Shown here: piece by piece, positions 43,621 to 52,296 of the stretch
How positions within the stretch are numbered: position 1 is the first letter of the stretch
Layout of the letters: every line of letters starts with the position of its first letter
Origin: Pseudomonadota bacterium
GTDB taxonomy: Bacteria > Bdellovibrionota_B > Oligoflexia > Oligoflexales > CAIYRB01
Length of the DNA stretch: 64,000 nt
Assembly (NCBI GenBank): GCA_026390445.1
Contig: JAPLFX010000044.1
Coordinates: 5,550 to 69,549 of the forward strand
Direction: 5' to 3'
Translations under genes and position numbers: made by a program
Notes under the pieces: model-generated
What the model was told of the DNA's origin: nothing
Databases searched by the model: none
Seen by the model: only the letters and a program-made list of their open reading frames with translations

Positions 43621-45903
43621 TTAGGCGGACCGCTTCAAAGTACCATCTGGTGGCGAGCCGGCGCCGGTCGGTTGGTCAAAGGACCGTAGGTAGCTACCAT
43701 TGAGCTGTGTGCTATGAATCGCCACGCCAAAGACATCGCTGGCGAGCGGCACATGATGCCCACCGATCTCGACCTGCGTCGACATGCAAAGGTTGTGGGC
43801 AACCGAAATCGTGGCTTTAGCGTTGATCTGCGCCCCCTTCTTAACCGCCGCAATCGAGTCACGCACTCTGATAATGATTTTGGCGCAACGCTGCAGCCGT
43901 TCCAGTAGGGACTCTTTAAGCTCGTGATGATGTGCAGTCATCTGGTCGGCCCGGCGAGTGGCCAGGCTCTTGAGTTGGGCTTGCTCATCCGAGCTGCATT
44001 GCTCGAGCTGCGCCAGTCGTTTCTGCCGAATGGCCACGGCAAACTGAACGTGCGGTGAGACGCCAACATGCACCTTGGTCACGCCGCTGGTCCTGCCGAG
44101 GTTGGCGCAACTCAAATGGTCGAAGCAACTCACCTCGCCACCGGCGATCAGTCCTTCTGGCTCCTCGACGACGAGGCCTCGCTCGCCGTAAACATGGCTG
44201 CTCATCACCGACTTAGTGACGGTGATCTGGCCTTTGCAGTAGACCTGGGAATTTTCAATAAACAACGCTTTTAGATCACCGCCGACTCGCACCAAGCCCG
44301 CCCGATTGGTCATGATGCCGCCGTCAACGGTGAGCGTGCCGCTGACCTTGACCGTTCCGCCCTGAATGAGTCCATGGACGACGAGGTTGCCGGCGACTTC
44401 CACGAGCGCTCCAGCCTCGATGGAGCCGTTGATCTCGACTTGGCCGGTGAAGTGAATATTGCCCGAGGCTAGGTTGATGTTGCCAGGGATGACCAGCGAC
44501 TTGGTGAGTTGAATGGTGCCAGCTTCGATTTCGGGGATGCCGGCATACTCGGCGATATATTGGTACGGACCACTGCGCTTGACCCCATCTCCTGTTTTTA
44601 CCTCTGGCAAGTTACTCGCGACCGGTGGCGCAACGTCTTTGCCAAAAATATTACGTCCAGCAACCGGCATCGTCTTAAAACGAACCTCGGCGATGACCTC
44701 TCCCTTTAAGACCGACCTACGCTGTTGTCGTTCGCGAACATCCACGGCCCCGGCTTTGTTCTCGGACGCATGTAGATAGGTCTCGTAAAGGAAGGGATCT
44801 CGAGCTTCTTGCGGAGGCTCGCCCTGGGCGATCAATAGACCAACTAAGGATGAACCGGATTCGACCTTCTTGATGGCATCTAAGATACAGTGTGAGGGCA
44901 CTCCATGGACGATCCCCATGCCACTAAGAAAGCTACTCCACGCTTGAGGACTTCTCGCCTCCGGCGAGGTAAACAGGGCCTTCGCATAGTCGTCGATCTG
45001 CGCCGTCATTGCATCAGGGCTCACTCTCACTTTAATCAGCAAGGCTAGGCCGGGTGTCTTTGCCTCCGCAGGAGGGCTAGGCTGTTGGTTAGATGCCAAC
45101 GGTTGCTTAGAGATCCCCGCCAGGTGCATGACCGGCAGATCAAGTCCGAAGCGTTCTGGGCCACGATTTGCCGAAATGAGTTCGCGTTCGATCGCCTTGG
45201 TGCGGAGCAAATAGCTCTGCCCAGAGGTTGCGCTCAGCTGCCGCACTTCTTGGATGATGGACTGGCTAAGTTGCGCCAACAGGTTTTGATCAATGATGGC
45301 GCGGAGATCATGAACCACCAGTTTGACCTCGCCCAGGCGCTGGTTGACGAGTAATTCGTAGGGTCCTTTGGCGCCTGCATCGGTGGACGTCGCAGCCAAT
45401 TTTAGGATGGGATAGTGGGCCACTGATTCGCCGCGCGCGGCTCGAATCCACGCGGCATGCAGATGGGCCGGATCGGGAACTGCGGTGACACCTTGCGTCA
45501 GCAGTCGCTTGCCAATGAACAGCTTGAATGGTCGAAAACCGTAGGCTTCAACCACGTCTGCTGCGGCAGAGATGGTCAAGTAACCAAGGGCATTGCCACC
45601 GTCGGCCAATCGCACCTCGACACCCGGCATGAGCGGTGCACCCGTCGCCAAAGTAACGGCGACCAGCGTGTCTAAGGGTTCATCCGCAGCGCGCAACACC
45701 GCCCACATTTTCTCCAGGCGGGTTTTGAAAATTCGGTAAAAGGCGATGTGACCACCGCGCCGTTCGCGCCGGAGCTTGGACTTAGCTCGTTCAAGGAGTT
45801 GCGCCGGAGGTACGGGTTGGGCCATGCAGTCGGCTTTGGTGAACTGCACCCGAACACGGTACTGAGCTGCAATATAAGTCATCTTGATGCGAGACATAGC
45901 CAT
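43621..45903 (-). CDS. FapA-family (DUF342) protein
   Basis: 760 aa. The C-terminal beta-helix-like repeats GNINLASGNIHFTGQVEINGSIEAGALVEVAGNLVVHGLIQGGTVKVSGTLTV are typical of DUF342/FapA. RBS is GGGAGG. Confidence 0.8.
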   Translation of the reverse strand: MAMSRIKMTYIAAQYRVRVQFTKADCMAQPVPPAQLLERAKSKLRRERRGGHIAFYRIFKTRLEKMWAVLRAADEPLDTLVAVTLATGAPLMPGVEVRLADGGNALGYLTISAAADVVEAYGFRPFKLFIGKRLLTQGVTAVPDPAHLHAAWIRAARGESVAHYPILKLAATSTDAGAKGPYELLVNQRLGEVKLVVHDLRAIIDQNLLAQLSQSIIQEVRQLSATSGQSYLLRTKAIERELISANRGPERFGLDLPVMHLAGISKQPLASNQQPSPPAEAKTPGLALLIKVRVSPDAMTAQIDDYAKALFTSPEARSPQAWSSFLSGMGIVHGVPSHCILDAIKKVESGSSLVGLLIAQGEPPQEARDPFLYETYLHASENKAGAVDVRERQQRRSVLKGEVIAEVRFKTMPVAGRNIFGKDVAPPVASNLPEVKTGDGVKRSGPYQYIAEYAGIPEIEAGTIQLTKSLVIPGNINLASGNIHFTGQVEINGSIEAGALVEVAGNLVVHGLIQGGTVKVSGTLTVDGGIMTNRAGLVRVGGDLKALFIENSQVYCKGQITVTKSVMSSHVYGERGLVVEEPEGLIAGGEVSCFDHLSCANLGRTSGVTKVHVGVSPHVQFAVAIRQKRLAQLEQCSSDEQAQLKSLATRRADQMTAHHHELKESLLERLQRCAKIIIRVRDSIAAVKKGAQINAKATISVAHNLCMSTQVEIGGHHVPLASDVFGVAIHSTQLNGSYLRSFDQPTGAGSPPDGTLKRSA

Positions 45904-45931
45904 GGGTGAAACCTCCCGGGCTTCTCAGTTC

Positions 45932-45958
45932 TTATCGACAGGTGGGCGAATTTCTTTA
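45932..45958 (-). promoter_or_regulatory. sigma-28 (FliA)-type promoter upstream of the FapA-family gene
   Basis: Minus strand reads TAAAGAAA, 11 nt, GTCGATAA. The enterobacterial consensus is TAAAGTTT-N11-GCCGATAA. The -10 element ends 28 nt before the start codon. Confidence 0.5.
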
Positions 45959-46113
45959 GGGGGCCTCTGGGCCCTGTGGACTTCATCGAGGTGGTGGCGC
46001 GGAAGGGCTAGCAAATCAATGGGTTGGCCGCGAACCTGGATGGGCTGGCGCGCATGGCCCTTGGACTGAATCCAAGCTAGTCTCCGACATCATGCGGTCG
46101 CCCATTTGTTTCA

Positions 46114-46362
46114 TTATATCGCCTGATGCTGCCGCCGAGTGGCGTCCAATCGATCGACAATCCATGTTTTGATCAGCGACTGCCGCGCAATCCCGCGCCT
46201 GTCGGCCTCTTTATCAAGCTCCTGGATGACCCACACCGGCAGGTCTAAACTGACGCGCTTAATGGCGTTCGACCAGTCAACGTGCGGACTCAGGTCTTCC
46301 CCGGCGCTGAATTTTCGGTCGAATTCCTCCGCAGTGATGCGGGATTTACTTTCCATGTTCAT
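46114..46362 (-). CDS. brnA: BrnA-type antitoxin (CopG/RHH-like C-terminus)
   Basis: DWSNAIKRVSLDLPVWVIQELDKEADRRGIARQSLIKTWI matches the BrnA pattern. ATG 46362 is preferred and overlaps the brnT 3' end. Confidence 0.75.
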   Translation of the reverse strand: MNMESKSRITAEEFDRKFSAGEDLSPHVDWSNAIKRVSLDLPVWVIQELDKEADRRGIARQSLIKTWIVDRLDATRRQHQAI

Positions 46363-46618
46363 AGACCTCTCTTTCTTCTCGTCGCGCCCGGCGGCATTCA
46401 ATAAGGCGAATTCGCGGACCGCGGTAGGTGAAGCAGGTCGTCCAGTGAAGTCCGTCAATCATGCCTACTGCAAGCCATCTTGACTCTGTCGTGGACTGCC
46501 CTGGTCCCCTGATGAAGTCTTGATCATGCCAAAGCCGTTGTGCTTGTTGTAGGTCGATGCCGTGCTTTTGTAGATTGAGGGCACTCTTAACTGGGTCAAA
46601 TTCAAATTCAAGTTCCAT
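46346..46618 (-). CDS. brnT: BrnT-family (DUF497) toxin
   Basis: FEFDPVKSALNLQKHGIDLQQA is the DUF497/BrnT N-terminal signature. 90 aa. Confidence 0.8.
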   Translation of the reverse strand: MELEFEFDPVKSALNLQKHGIDLQQAQRLWHDQDFIRGPGQSTTESRWLAVGMIDGLHWTTCFTYRGPRIRLIECRRARREEREVYEHGK

Positions 46619-46633
46619 ACGGCTCTAACTTAC

Positions 46634-46650
46634 GGTGTGGAAATTACACC
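46634..46650. promoter_or_regulatory. inverted repeat GGTGT-N7-ACACC upstream of brnT (possible operator)
   Basis: Read directly, 16 nt upstream of the brnT start. The operator function is inferred. Confidence 0.25.
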
Positions 46651-46928
46651 ATTTTTACTTTGGGTGTCGATTCGATTAACTTAAGTGGCAGCATTTATTG
46701 GGCGTTTATAAGGAGTCATAAGCCACACTCGTTCTGCCAGCAGCGAGCAGAGTTTGGAAGCGACATGCGCAGTCAAATTGCTAATGCGGTGACCGACCTC
46801 TATGACTCCAGCAGGATCAAGTCGCAGCAATTCAATATTATTCATGTTATTGTTTAGAGTTATTAAAAATCAAACAAACATTATACTGTCGCCAATTCCT
46901 CTGCATTCCAGTCGAAAGGATTGTCCTT

Positions 46929-47462
46929 ATGGCCCCAAGATCACTTCTGACCACCTTACTGCTGACCGCTTCGTCGGTCGCAGCGCTACCAGCGACGGTC
47001 CACGCAGCCACCCCTGCCTATGACACCGTGGCCCACGTCGAACTCGATAGGTTTATGGGCCCCTGGTACGTCCAAGGTCACACGCCGATGGTGATCGATG
47101 ATCATGCCTCGAACCAAATCGAAACCTACACGCTAAACGCCGACGGCAGCATCGGCACCACCTTCACCTTCGAGCGTGATGGGCATAAATTTGCGCTGCA
47201 TCCAGTGGGCACGGTGGCTGATACGACGACCAATGCCCACTGGAAGATGCAATTTATTTGGCCGTTTTCTAGCGATTATCTCATCGTGCGCTTAGCAGCC
47301 GACTATTCGGTCACGGTGGTGAGCGTGCCGGACAAAAGTCTAATTTGGATTATGAATCGCTCAACGCAGATGCCTGAGGCTGAGTACGCAGCGATCGTTG
47401 CTGAGCTGGCCAGCGCAGGTTATCCGGTTGCAAAGATCAACCGCGTGCAGCAAGACCAATGA
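46929..47462 (+). CDS. blc: bacterial lipocalin (Blc-like)
   Basis: Signal peptide followed by the lipocalin motif LDRFMGPWYVQG. The 177-aa size and later segments (WKMQFIWPFSSDYLIV, IWIMNRS) fit Blc. Confidence 0.8.
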   Translation: MAPRSLLTTLLLTASSVAALPATVHAATPAYDTVAHVELDRFMGPWYVQGHTPMVIDDHASNQIETYTLNADGSIGTTFTFERDGHKFALHPVGTVADTTTNAHWKMQFIWPFSSDYLIVRLAADYSVTVVSVPDKSLIWIMNRSTQMPEAEYAAIVAELASAGYPVAKINRVQQDQ

Positions 47463-47468
47463 GTCCAG

Positions 47469-47492
47469 GCTTGGGCGCCTGAGCGCCCAAGC
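47469..47492. terminator. perfect 10-bp-stem hairpin between convergent genes
   Basis: GCTTGGGCGC-CTGA-GCGCCCAAGC. There is no flanking T-tract, so intrinsic terminator function is tentative. Confidence 0.35.
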
Positions 47493-47498
47493 TGCGTC

Positions 47499-48116
47499 CT
47501 ATGGTGATGGAACGCAGAGTTTAGGATCGACGAGATCGTACTGGTTCCAGCCCGCCTCGACGGAATAGAGTTTACCGTCTGCCGTGACCTTGCGGTTGGT
47601 CTCCATCTGCACCCAACGCTTCGCGTTGAGCTGCAGGGTGTTGTCGCGATCGATCGTGGCGTACGGACGATCGGCATCGCGCCGCGGTTTAGCCGCCCCC
47701 TTCGCAATGCAGGACCATTGGTTTAAGTTCCACGGCGCAGTGCAGCGGTAGCGGAAGTCGCCATAGGGTCCCGTCACTTCCTGCTGCCATTGTCCAGCCA
47801 ATACCTCGGTCCACACCTCGCTCCAATGCAGCTGCTCGGTCTGACCCAGGACTAAGGTCCGCTGAATCGTCAGCGGACTTTCGTTGACTAGATCAGCGCG
47901 CTCATAGACCGGCGGATAGATCGCATCGTGGGCGCCGTCTTCAATATAGGTGAAGTGGACTTGAAAACATCCGACCATTTGCTTTAGGGTGGCAACCACG
48001 TCCGCCGTAGCGGCAGGCTGCGCCTCTTCGGCATGGAGGCGAGTGCTGCCGATGGTTAACGATGAGCTAGCTAACATGATCGTCAAGCAGCTACGCAGGT
48101 GAGTCCATGGTTGCAT
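47499..48116 (-). CDS. hypothetical secreted protein
   Basis: ATG 48116 follows AAAGGA. Signal-like MQPWTHLRSCLTIMLASSSLTIGSTRLHA. No recognised domain. Confidence 0.55.
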   Translation of the reverse strand: MQPWTHLRSCLTIMLASSSLTIGSTRLHAEEAQPAATADVVATLKQMVGCFQVHFTYIEDGAHDAIYPPVYERADLVNESPLTIQRTLVLGQTEQLHWSEVWTEVLAGQWQQEVTGPYGDFRYRCTAPWNLNQWSCIAKGAAKPRRDADRPYATIDRDNTLQLNAKRWVQMETNRKVTADGKLYSVEAGWNQYDLVDPKLCVPSP

Positions 48117-48237
48117 TGGTGGTCCTTTGATTCTGAGTTTGCTGGCTAAACCGCGGCTGATTATAGTGAAATTGATTCTCAGTACCAACCGATTTTCTCC
48201 ATGATTGGCGGTCTTGAGCGGCATATCCACACGACGC

Positions 48238-48786
48238 CTATTGTGCTCCAGGGTTTGCCGCGTTTAGCACCAGGTCGGCATGCACCGGTTGGCCATCCAG
48301 CTGAAAGGGCATCGTGATCACCTGCGTACCCGCTCGGGCAAGAATGCTGCTGCCGCTTCCGTACAGGATCTCGATGAGGTGACAGCGCATGGACAGGCCG
48401 CTTTTTTCGGATTTTTTGGCCATCGCCTTGGTGACCGCCTCGGCCATCCGTGGCGGCTTTTCCATGACTCTGACGTGTCCAAGGCCGCCGGCGCGTTGAT
48501 GTGACTCTTGATCGAGGTTGCCAGAAATGACGATAATCGGCGTCTTCTTGTTAAGCTGACTATCACGAGCGATCTGTCCGACCTGTAGCCCATTCATGGT
48601 GGGGAGCCGAACATCAATGATCAAGCCGTCAAAGCGCTCGGTTCGGACTAGGTTCGCGGCCTGCGATCCATCGGTGGCGATTTTGACCTGAATCTTGCCA
48701 TTAAACTCATGAATGGCCTGGGTATAGGCCTGGCAAAGGTCGCGGTCATCCTCGGCGATGAGGAGCTTTAACGGCTTTGCCGCCAT
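48238..48786 (-). CDS. response regulator, receiver domain with a short uncharacterised C-terminal extension
   Basis: LKLLIAEDD and phospho-acceptor region FDGLIIDVRLPTMNG. There is no HTH output domain. ATG 48786 is preferred. Confidence 0.75.
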   Translation of the reverse strand: MAAKPLKLLIAEDDRDLCQAYTQAIHEFNGKIQVKIATDGSQAANLVRTERFDGLIIDVRLPTMNGLQVGQIARDSQLNKKTPIIVISGNLDQESHQRAGGLGHVRVMEKPPRMAEAVTKAMAKKSEKSGLSMRCHLIEILYGSGSSILARAGTQVITMPFQLDGQPVHADLVLNAANPGAQ

Positions 48787-49034
48787 GCGGGAATTCCAAC
48801 AAGCTGTTAATCTCAATGCGTAGAGCCTAGTCTCATTGTCGAAAATACTCAATGTTTATCGTGGCTAGCACGGAATCAGCCCGAGACTAGCGCAGTCTGA
48901 AACCCACTTAGGCGGCTTTGACCCCGACCCCGCGGCGAAGTTCGTCTTTGCTTAAATACGAGCTGCCTGGAGCGGCCCCGACTTGTGCACGGTGCGGTTG
49001 CATAACAAGCCCGGCTGCGGTTTAATCACCCCCT

Positions 49035-50543
49035 ATGGTCCCACCTCTGTCGCCTGCTGCTTCCGCCGCCGTGCCATCTTCTGTACATCCAGTGGAGAGC
49101 GGGCCGGATCATGCGTCAGTCTTGCCGCCTGAGGTCTACAGGTGCTGCCTTCAGGCCTTTGGCTACGAGACTCTAAGGCCGCATCAGCAGGCGGTGCTCG
49201 GTGAGGTCTTTGCCGGCCGCGATTGTCTGGCGGTACTCCCCACTGGATCAGGCAAATCCCTGTGCTATGCGCTGCCGGCTCTGGTGCGGGACGGCCTAGT
49301 GCTGGTCGTGTCGCCACTGATCGCCTTGATCCGCGATCAGGCCCGGCGCTTTGCCCTGAATGGCATCCCCTGTGCCGCCTTCGATAGTCTACAAAGCGCC
49401 GACGAAAAGGCGCTGGTTTGGCAGCATCTGGCCCGCGGCGAGCTCAAGCTCCTCATCGTGTCGCCAGAGCGCTTGGCTCGCGCCGATTTTCGTGCCCGCC
49501 TCAAAGCTCTGCCGCTCCAGTTGGTGGCGATCGACGAGGCCCATTGCGTCAGCCATTGGGGTAACCACTTTCGCCCTGATTACCGGCTCATCGGCCATTA
49601 TTTGGCGGATTTCGGCGCGGTGCAGAAGCTTGCGGTCACTGCGACGGCAACCCGGCGCGTTCGCGATGACATCGAGCACGCGCTGCGCCTGCGCCGTCCA
49701 GCGCAGGTTTGGGCTGAGGTGGCACGCACCAATCTGCGCCTCAAGATCGTCAAGACCGAAAAGGTGGCGGCGCACTATACGCTGCTGCTGCAGATGGTCA
49801 TGACTGAGGAGGGCTCAGGCATCGTCTATGTGAAGACGCGCAAGCAGGCTCGCGAAGTCCATCGCTTGCTGGTCGATGCTGGTATTGCGGCGGCAATCTA
49901 TCATGCTGGTTTGCCGCCAGCCTCGCGCGAGGCGGCGCAGCGAGCTTTTATGACCGGTACCGCTCGGGTCGTCGTGGCGACCAATTCCTTTGGTCTTGGC
50001 ATCGATAAGGCCGACATTCGCTTTGTCCACCACGCTAGTTTGCCCGCGAGTATCGAGCAGTATGTTCAGGAAATCGGTCGCGCTGGACGCGACGGTCTGC
50101 AAGCCCATTGCACGCTGATCTATGGTTCGCGTGACTTTCATATCCAGAAATTCATGATCGACAAAAGCTTTCCCGAACTTACCTTACTGATCGAAGTGCT
50201 CGCCGCCGCCCGCGAGTTTATCGGCGGCGGAGTCGGTGAGAGTCTATTGGCTCTCACCAAGTATTTGCGCTCGGTCATAGCCGCGACCGAGGAGGAGCTG
50301 GCCGCGGCGCTCGAGGTCCTGTGCCGCGAGGGTTTGCTGGCGCGACTGACCGGCTCTGGTGGCTACGGTGAGTATAGTGAGGTCCTTATCGGAGATGGCT
50401 ACAGCGAGGACGAAGCGGCGATCCTGCGCGATTATCCGCTGCGCAAAGGCGAAAGCATGGCTAAGCTGGAAGCGATGAAGGTCTATGCCGCTGCCACCAG
50501 CGAGCAGCGACGGTTTTTACTCGACGAATATTTTCGGCGTTAA
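49035..50543 (+). CDS. RecQ-family DEAH-box DNA helicase, short form
   Basis: Motif I LPTGSGKS, motif II AIDEAHCVSHWG and motif VI QEIGRAGRDG. The protein ends at RRFLLDEYF, where canonical RecQ begins its zinc-binding region. No RQC or HRDC domain. Confidence 0.8.
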   Translation: MVPPLSPAASAAVPSSVHPVESGPDHASVLPPEVYRCCLQAFGYETLRPHQQAVLGEVFAGRDCLAVLPTGSGKSLCYALPALVRDGLVLVVSPLIALIRDQARRFALNGIPCAAFDSLQSADEKALVWQHLARGELKLLIVSPERLARADFRARLKALPLQLVAIDEAHCVSHWGNHFRPDYRLIGHYLADFGAVQKLAVTATATRRVRDDIEHALRLRRPAQVWAEVARTNLRLKIVKTEKVAAHYTLLLQMVMTEEGSGIVYVKTRKQAREVHRLLVDAGIAAAIYHAGLPPASREAAQRAFMTGTARVVVATNSFGLGIDKADIRFVHHASLPASIEQYVQEIGRAGRDGLQAHCTLIYGSRDFHIQKFMIDKSFPELTLLIEVLAAAREFIGGGVGESLLALTKYLRSVIAATEEELAAALEVLCREGLLARLTGSGGYGEYSEVLIGDGYSEDEAAILRDYPLRKGESMAKLEAMKVYAAATSEQRRFLLDEYFRR

Positions 50544-50576
50544 CGCGAAGCAAGGACGGCTCCCACGCAACTACAA

Positions 50577-51350
50577 GTGACCATTCTCGGTAGCGGCACC
50601 AGCACCGGCGTTCCAGTGATTGGCTGCGCATGTGCGGTTTGTACCAGTCCCGACCCTCGCGACCAACGCTTACGCGCTTCGCTGCTCATCACGGTCCCAA
50701 GTGGAGATCACTTGGTTATCGATACCGGCCCCGATTTTCGTGCCCAGATGCTGAAGGCCGGGGTGCGCAAACTCGAGCACGTCCTTTATACGCACACGCA
50801 TGCCGACCACTGCCACGGCTTTGATGATCTGCGTGCCTTCTACTTTCGTGATCATCGCAGCGTCACTTGTTATGCGGCGACGCGCCATGCCATGGAGCTG
50901 CGGCAAAAGTTTGCCTATGTGTTCCACGATACCGGCTATATCGGCACCAAACCGCAGGTCACGCTTAGCGAATTTGACCAGAAGCCGTTCTCCGTTCTCG
51001 GACTTGAGATCGAGCCGGCCTATGCAGTGCACGGCAACGTTCAGTCCGCGGTGTTTCGTCTGGGACGCTTTGCCTATGCCACGGATTTTAAGTTATTTTC
51101 ACCGGCTCTCATCGCCCGTTGGCGCGGTAAAATCGACACGATGGTCGCCAGCGGTATTCGTTACGGCGAGCATCCGACGCACAGCTGCATTCAAGAGACG
51201 ACCGCCTTGATGGCCGCGCTGCAGGTGAAAACGGGATACATTACGCATATTTCACACGAAATCATGCACGCTCGCGACGAGGTGGACCTGCCCGTGGGTG
51301 TGCACCTTGGTTATGATGGCCTGAGTTTTGGCGTTGAATTAGGGCCCTAA
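50577..51350 (+). CDS. MBL-fold metallo-hydrolase, PhnP-like
   Basis: LGSGTSTGVPVIGCACAVCTS and HTHADH motifs. GTG start. Confidence 0.8.
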   Translation: MTILGSGTSTGVPVIGCACAVCTSPDPRDQRLRASLLITVPSGDHLVIDTGPDFRAQMLKAGVRKLEHVLYTHTHADHCHGFDDLRAFYFRDHRSVTCYAATRHAMELRQKFAYVFHDTGYIGTKPQVTLSEFDQKPFSVLGLEIEPAYAVHGNVQSAVFRLGRFAYATDFKLFSPALIARWRGKIDTMVASGIRYGEHPTHSCIQETTALMAALQVKTGYITHISHEIMHARDEVDLPVGVHLGYDGLSFGVELGP

Positions 51351-51464
51351 GTCACGCCGTGCCTGAACTGTCGGGCAGATGACTTTACATGCGACCAAAT
51401 ACTCACTGCAAATTGATAGGTTGCGACCGTGATTTAGGCGAGTCGGCGAGACCCAGGTCTAAGT

Positions 51465-51492
51465 TAAAGTTTCGCGCATGCGCGGCCGATAA
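51465..51492 (+). promoter_or_regulatory. sigma-28 (FliA)-type promoter, perfect consensus hexamers
   Basis: TAAAGTTT (51465-51472), 12 nt, GCCGATAA (51485-51492), about 40 nt upstream of TTG 51533. Confidence 0.55.
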
Positions 51493-51532
51493 GTAGTGAT
51501 CAATGGCGTTCATTGATTGCGAAGGGGGTTAA

Positions 51533-52294
51533 TTGTCAAAAAACCTTAACATAGCCGTGGCTCACTTCATGGGGATCTTAGTTGCAGTCGGATGCAGCGG
51601 GGAACGGTCGCGCATGGGATCGAGGATCAACCCAGGCGTGAAGAGTACCTCCAAATCCGACAACGCCGGCTCGGCGCCGGCTTCGGGTCCTAATTCCCAA
51701 TCGACTTCGAGTCCGACTCCGAGTCCGCCTACGACCGGAGGCGCCAGCCCAAGTTTGGGCAGTGGTCAGGAACCAACCTGGGTCAATGGCTCATTCCTCA
51801 CCTGTGGCTGGACTGATTCGTCTAGCACAACGGATGTGAATGTTCTTTGCCAATGGCATAAAAACGACGCGCTGTTGATGACGGCTGCGGATATCAGCGC
51901 CAACGGTGGTAGTTGGCAGATTAGTACTATCGATGCTTCTGGTAATCCGGGTGACGTCACAGATACCAAGCCGGGCGCGCCCGAACAGTCATTTACGATG
52001 GCTGCTACCGATTTTTCGAGTTTGTTTGTATCCGTCCTCTATACGATCCCAGCTGGTGCCACGGATGTTGGCTATGTTGGCGCACCGTTCAACGGTCTGC
52101 TTCCAGGGACTGTTGATGATACAACGCTGGTTGACTGTTTAAATGCAGCTAGTGCATCACCGCAGAGTTGCATCGACGCATCAAAGGTAGCACTCGCCAG
52201 TCCGGGGACCGTTGAGCCTCCTGCATCCAACTCAAGAACGATTCGGCGTTGGGGTCACCGGCCTCGGGCGCACAGTCTAAACGATTCTCATTGA
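51533..52294 (+). CDS. hypothetical lipoprotein with a Ser/Pro-rich linker
   Basis: TTG start follows AAGGGGG. Signal MSKNLNIAVAHFMGILVAVGC has an AVGC lipobox. The low-complexity segment SSPTPSPPTTGG is followed by a ~170-aa Cys-containing domain. Confidence 0.6.
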   Translation: MSKNLNIAVAHFMGILVAVGCSGERSRMGSRINPGVKSTSKSDNAGSAPASGPNSQSTSSPTPSPPTTGGASPSLGSGQEPTWVNGSFLTCGWTDSSSTTDVNVLCQWHKNDALLMTAADISANGGSWQISTIDASGNPGDVTDTKPGAPEQSFTMAATDFSSLFVSVLYTIPAGATDVGYVGAPFNGLLPGTVDDTTLVDCLNAASASPQSCIDASKVALASPGTVEPPASNSRTIRRWGHRPRAHSLNDSH

Positions 52295-52296
52295 GT

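Noticed and set aside
46660-46857. A 65-aa plus-strand ORF and a 54-codon minus-strand ORF in the AT-rich region upstream of brnT.
   Set aside because: Neither has an RBS or a recognisable motif, and they occupy the same DNA. AT-rich intergenic DNA readily yields such ORFs.
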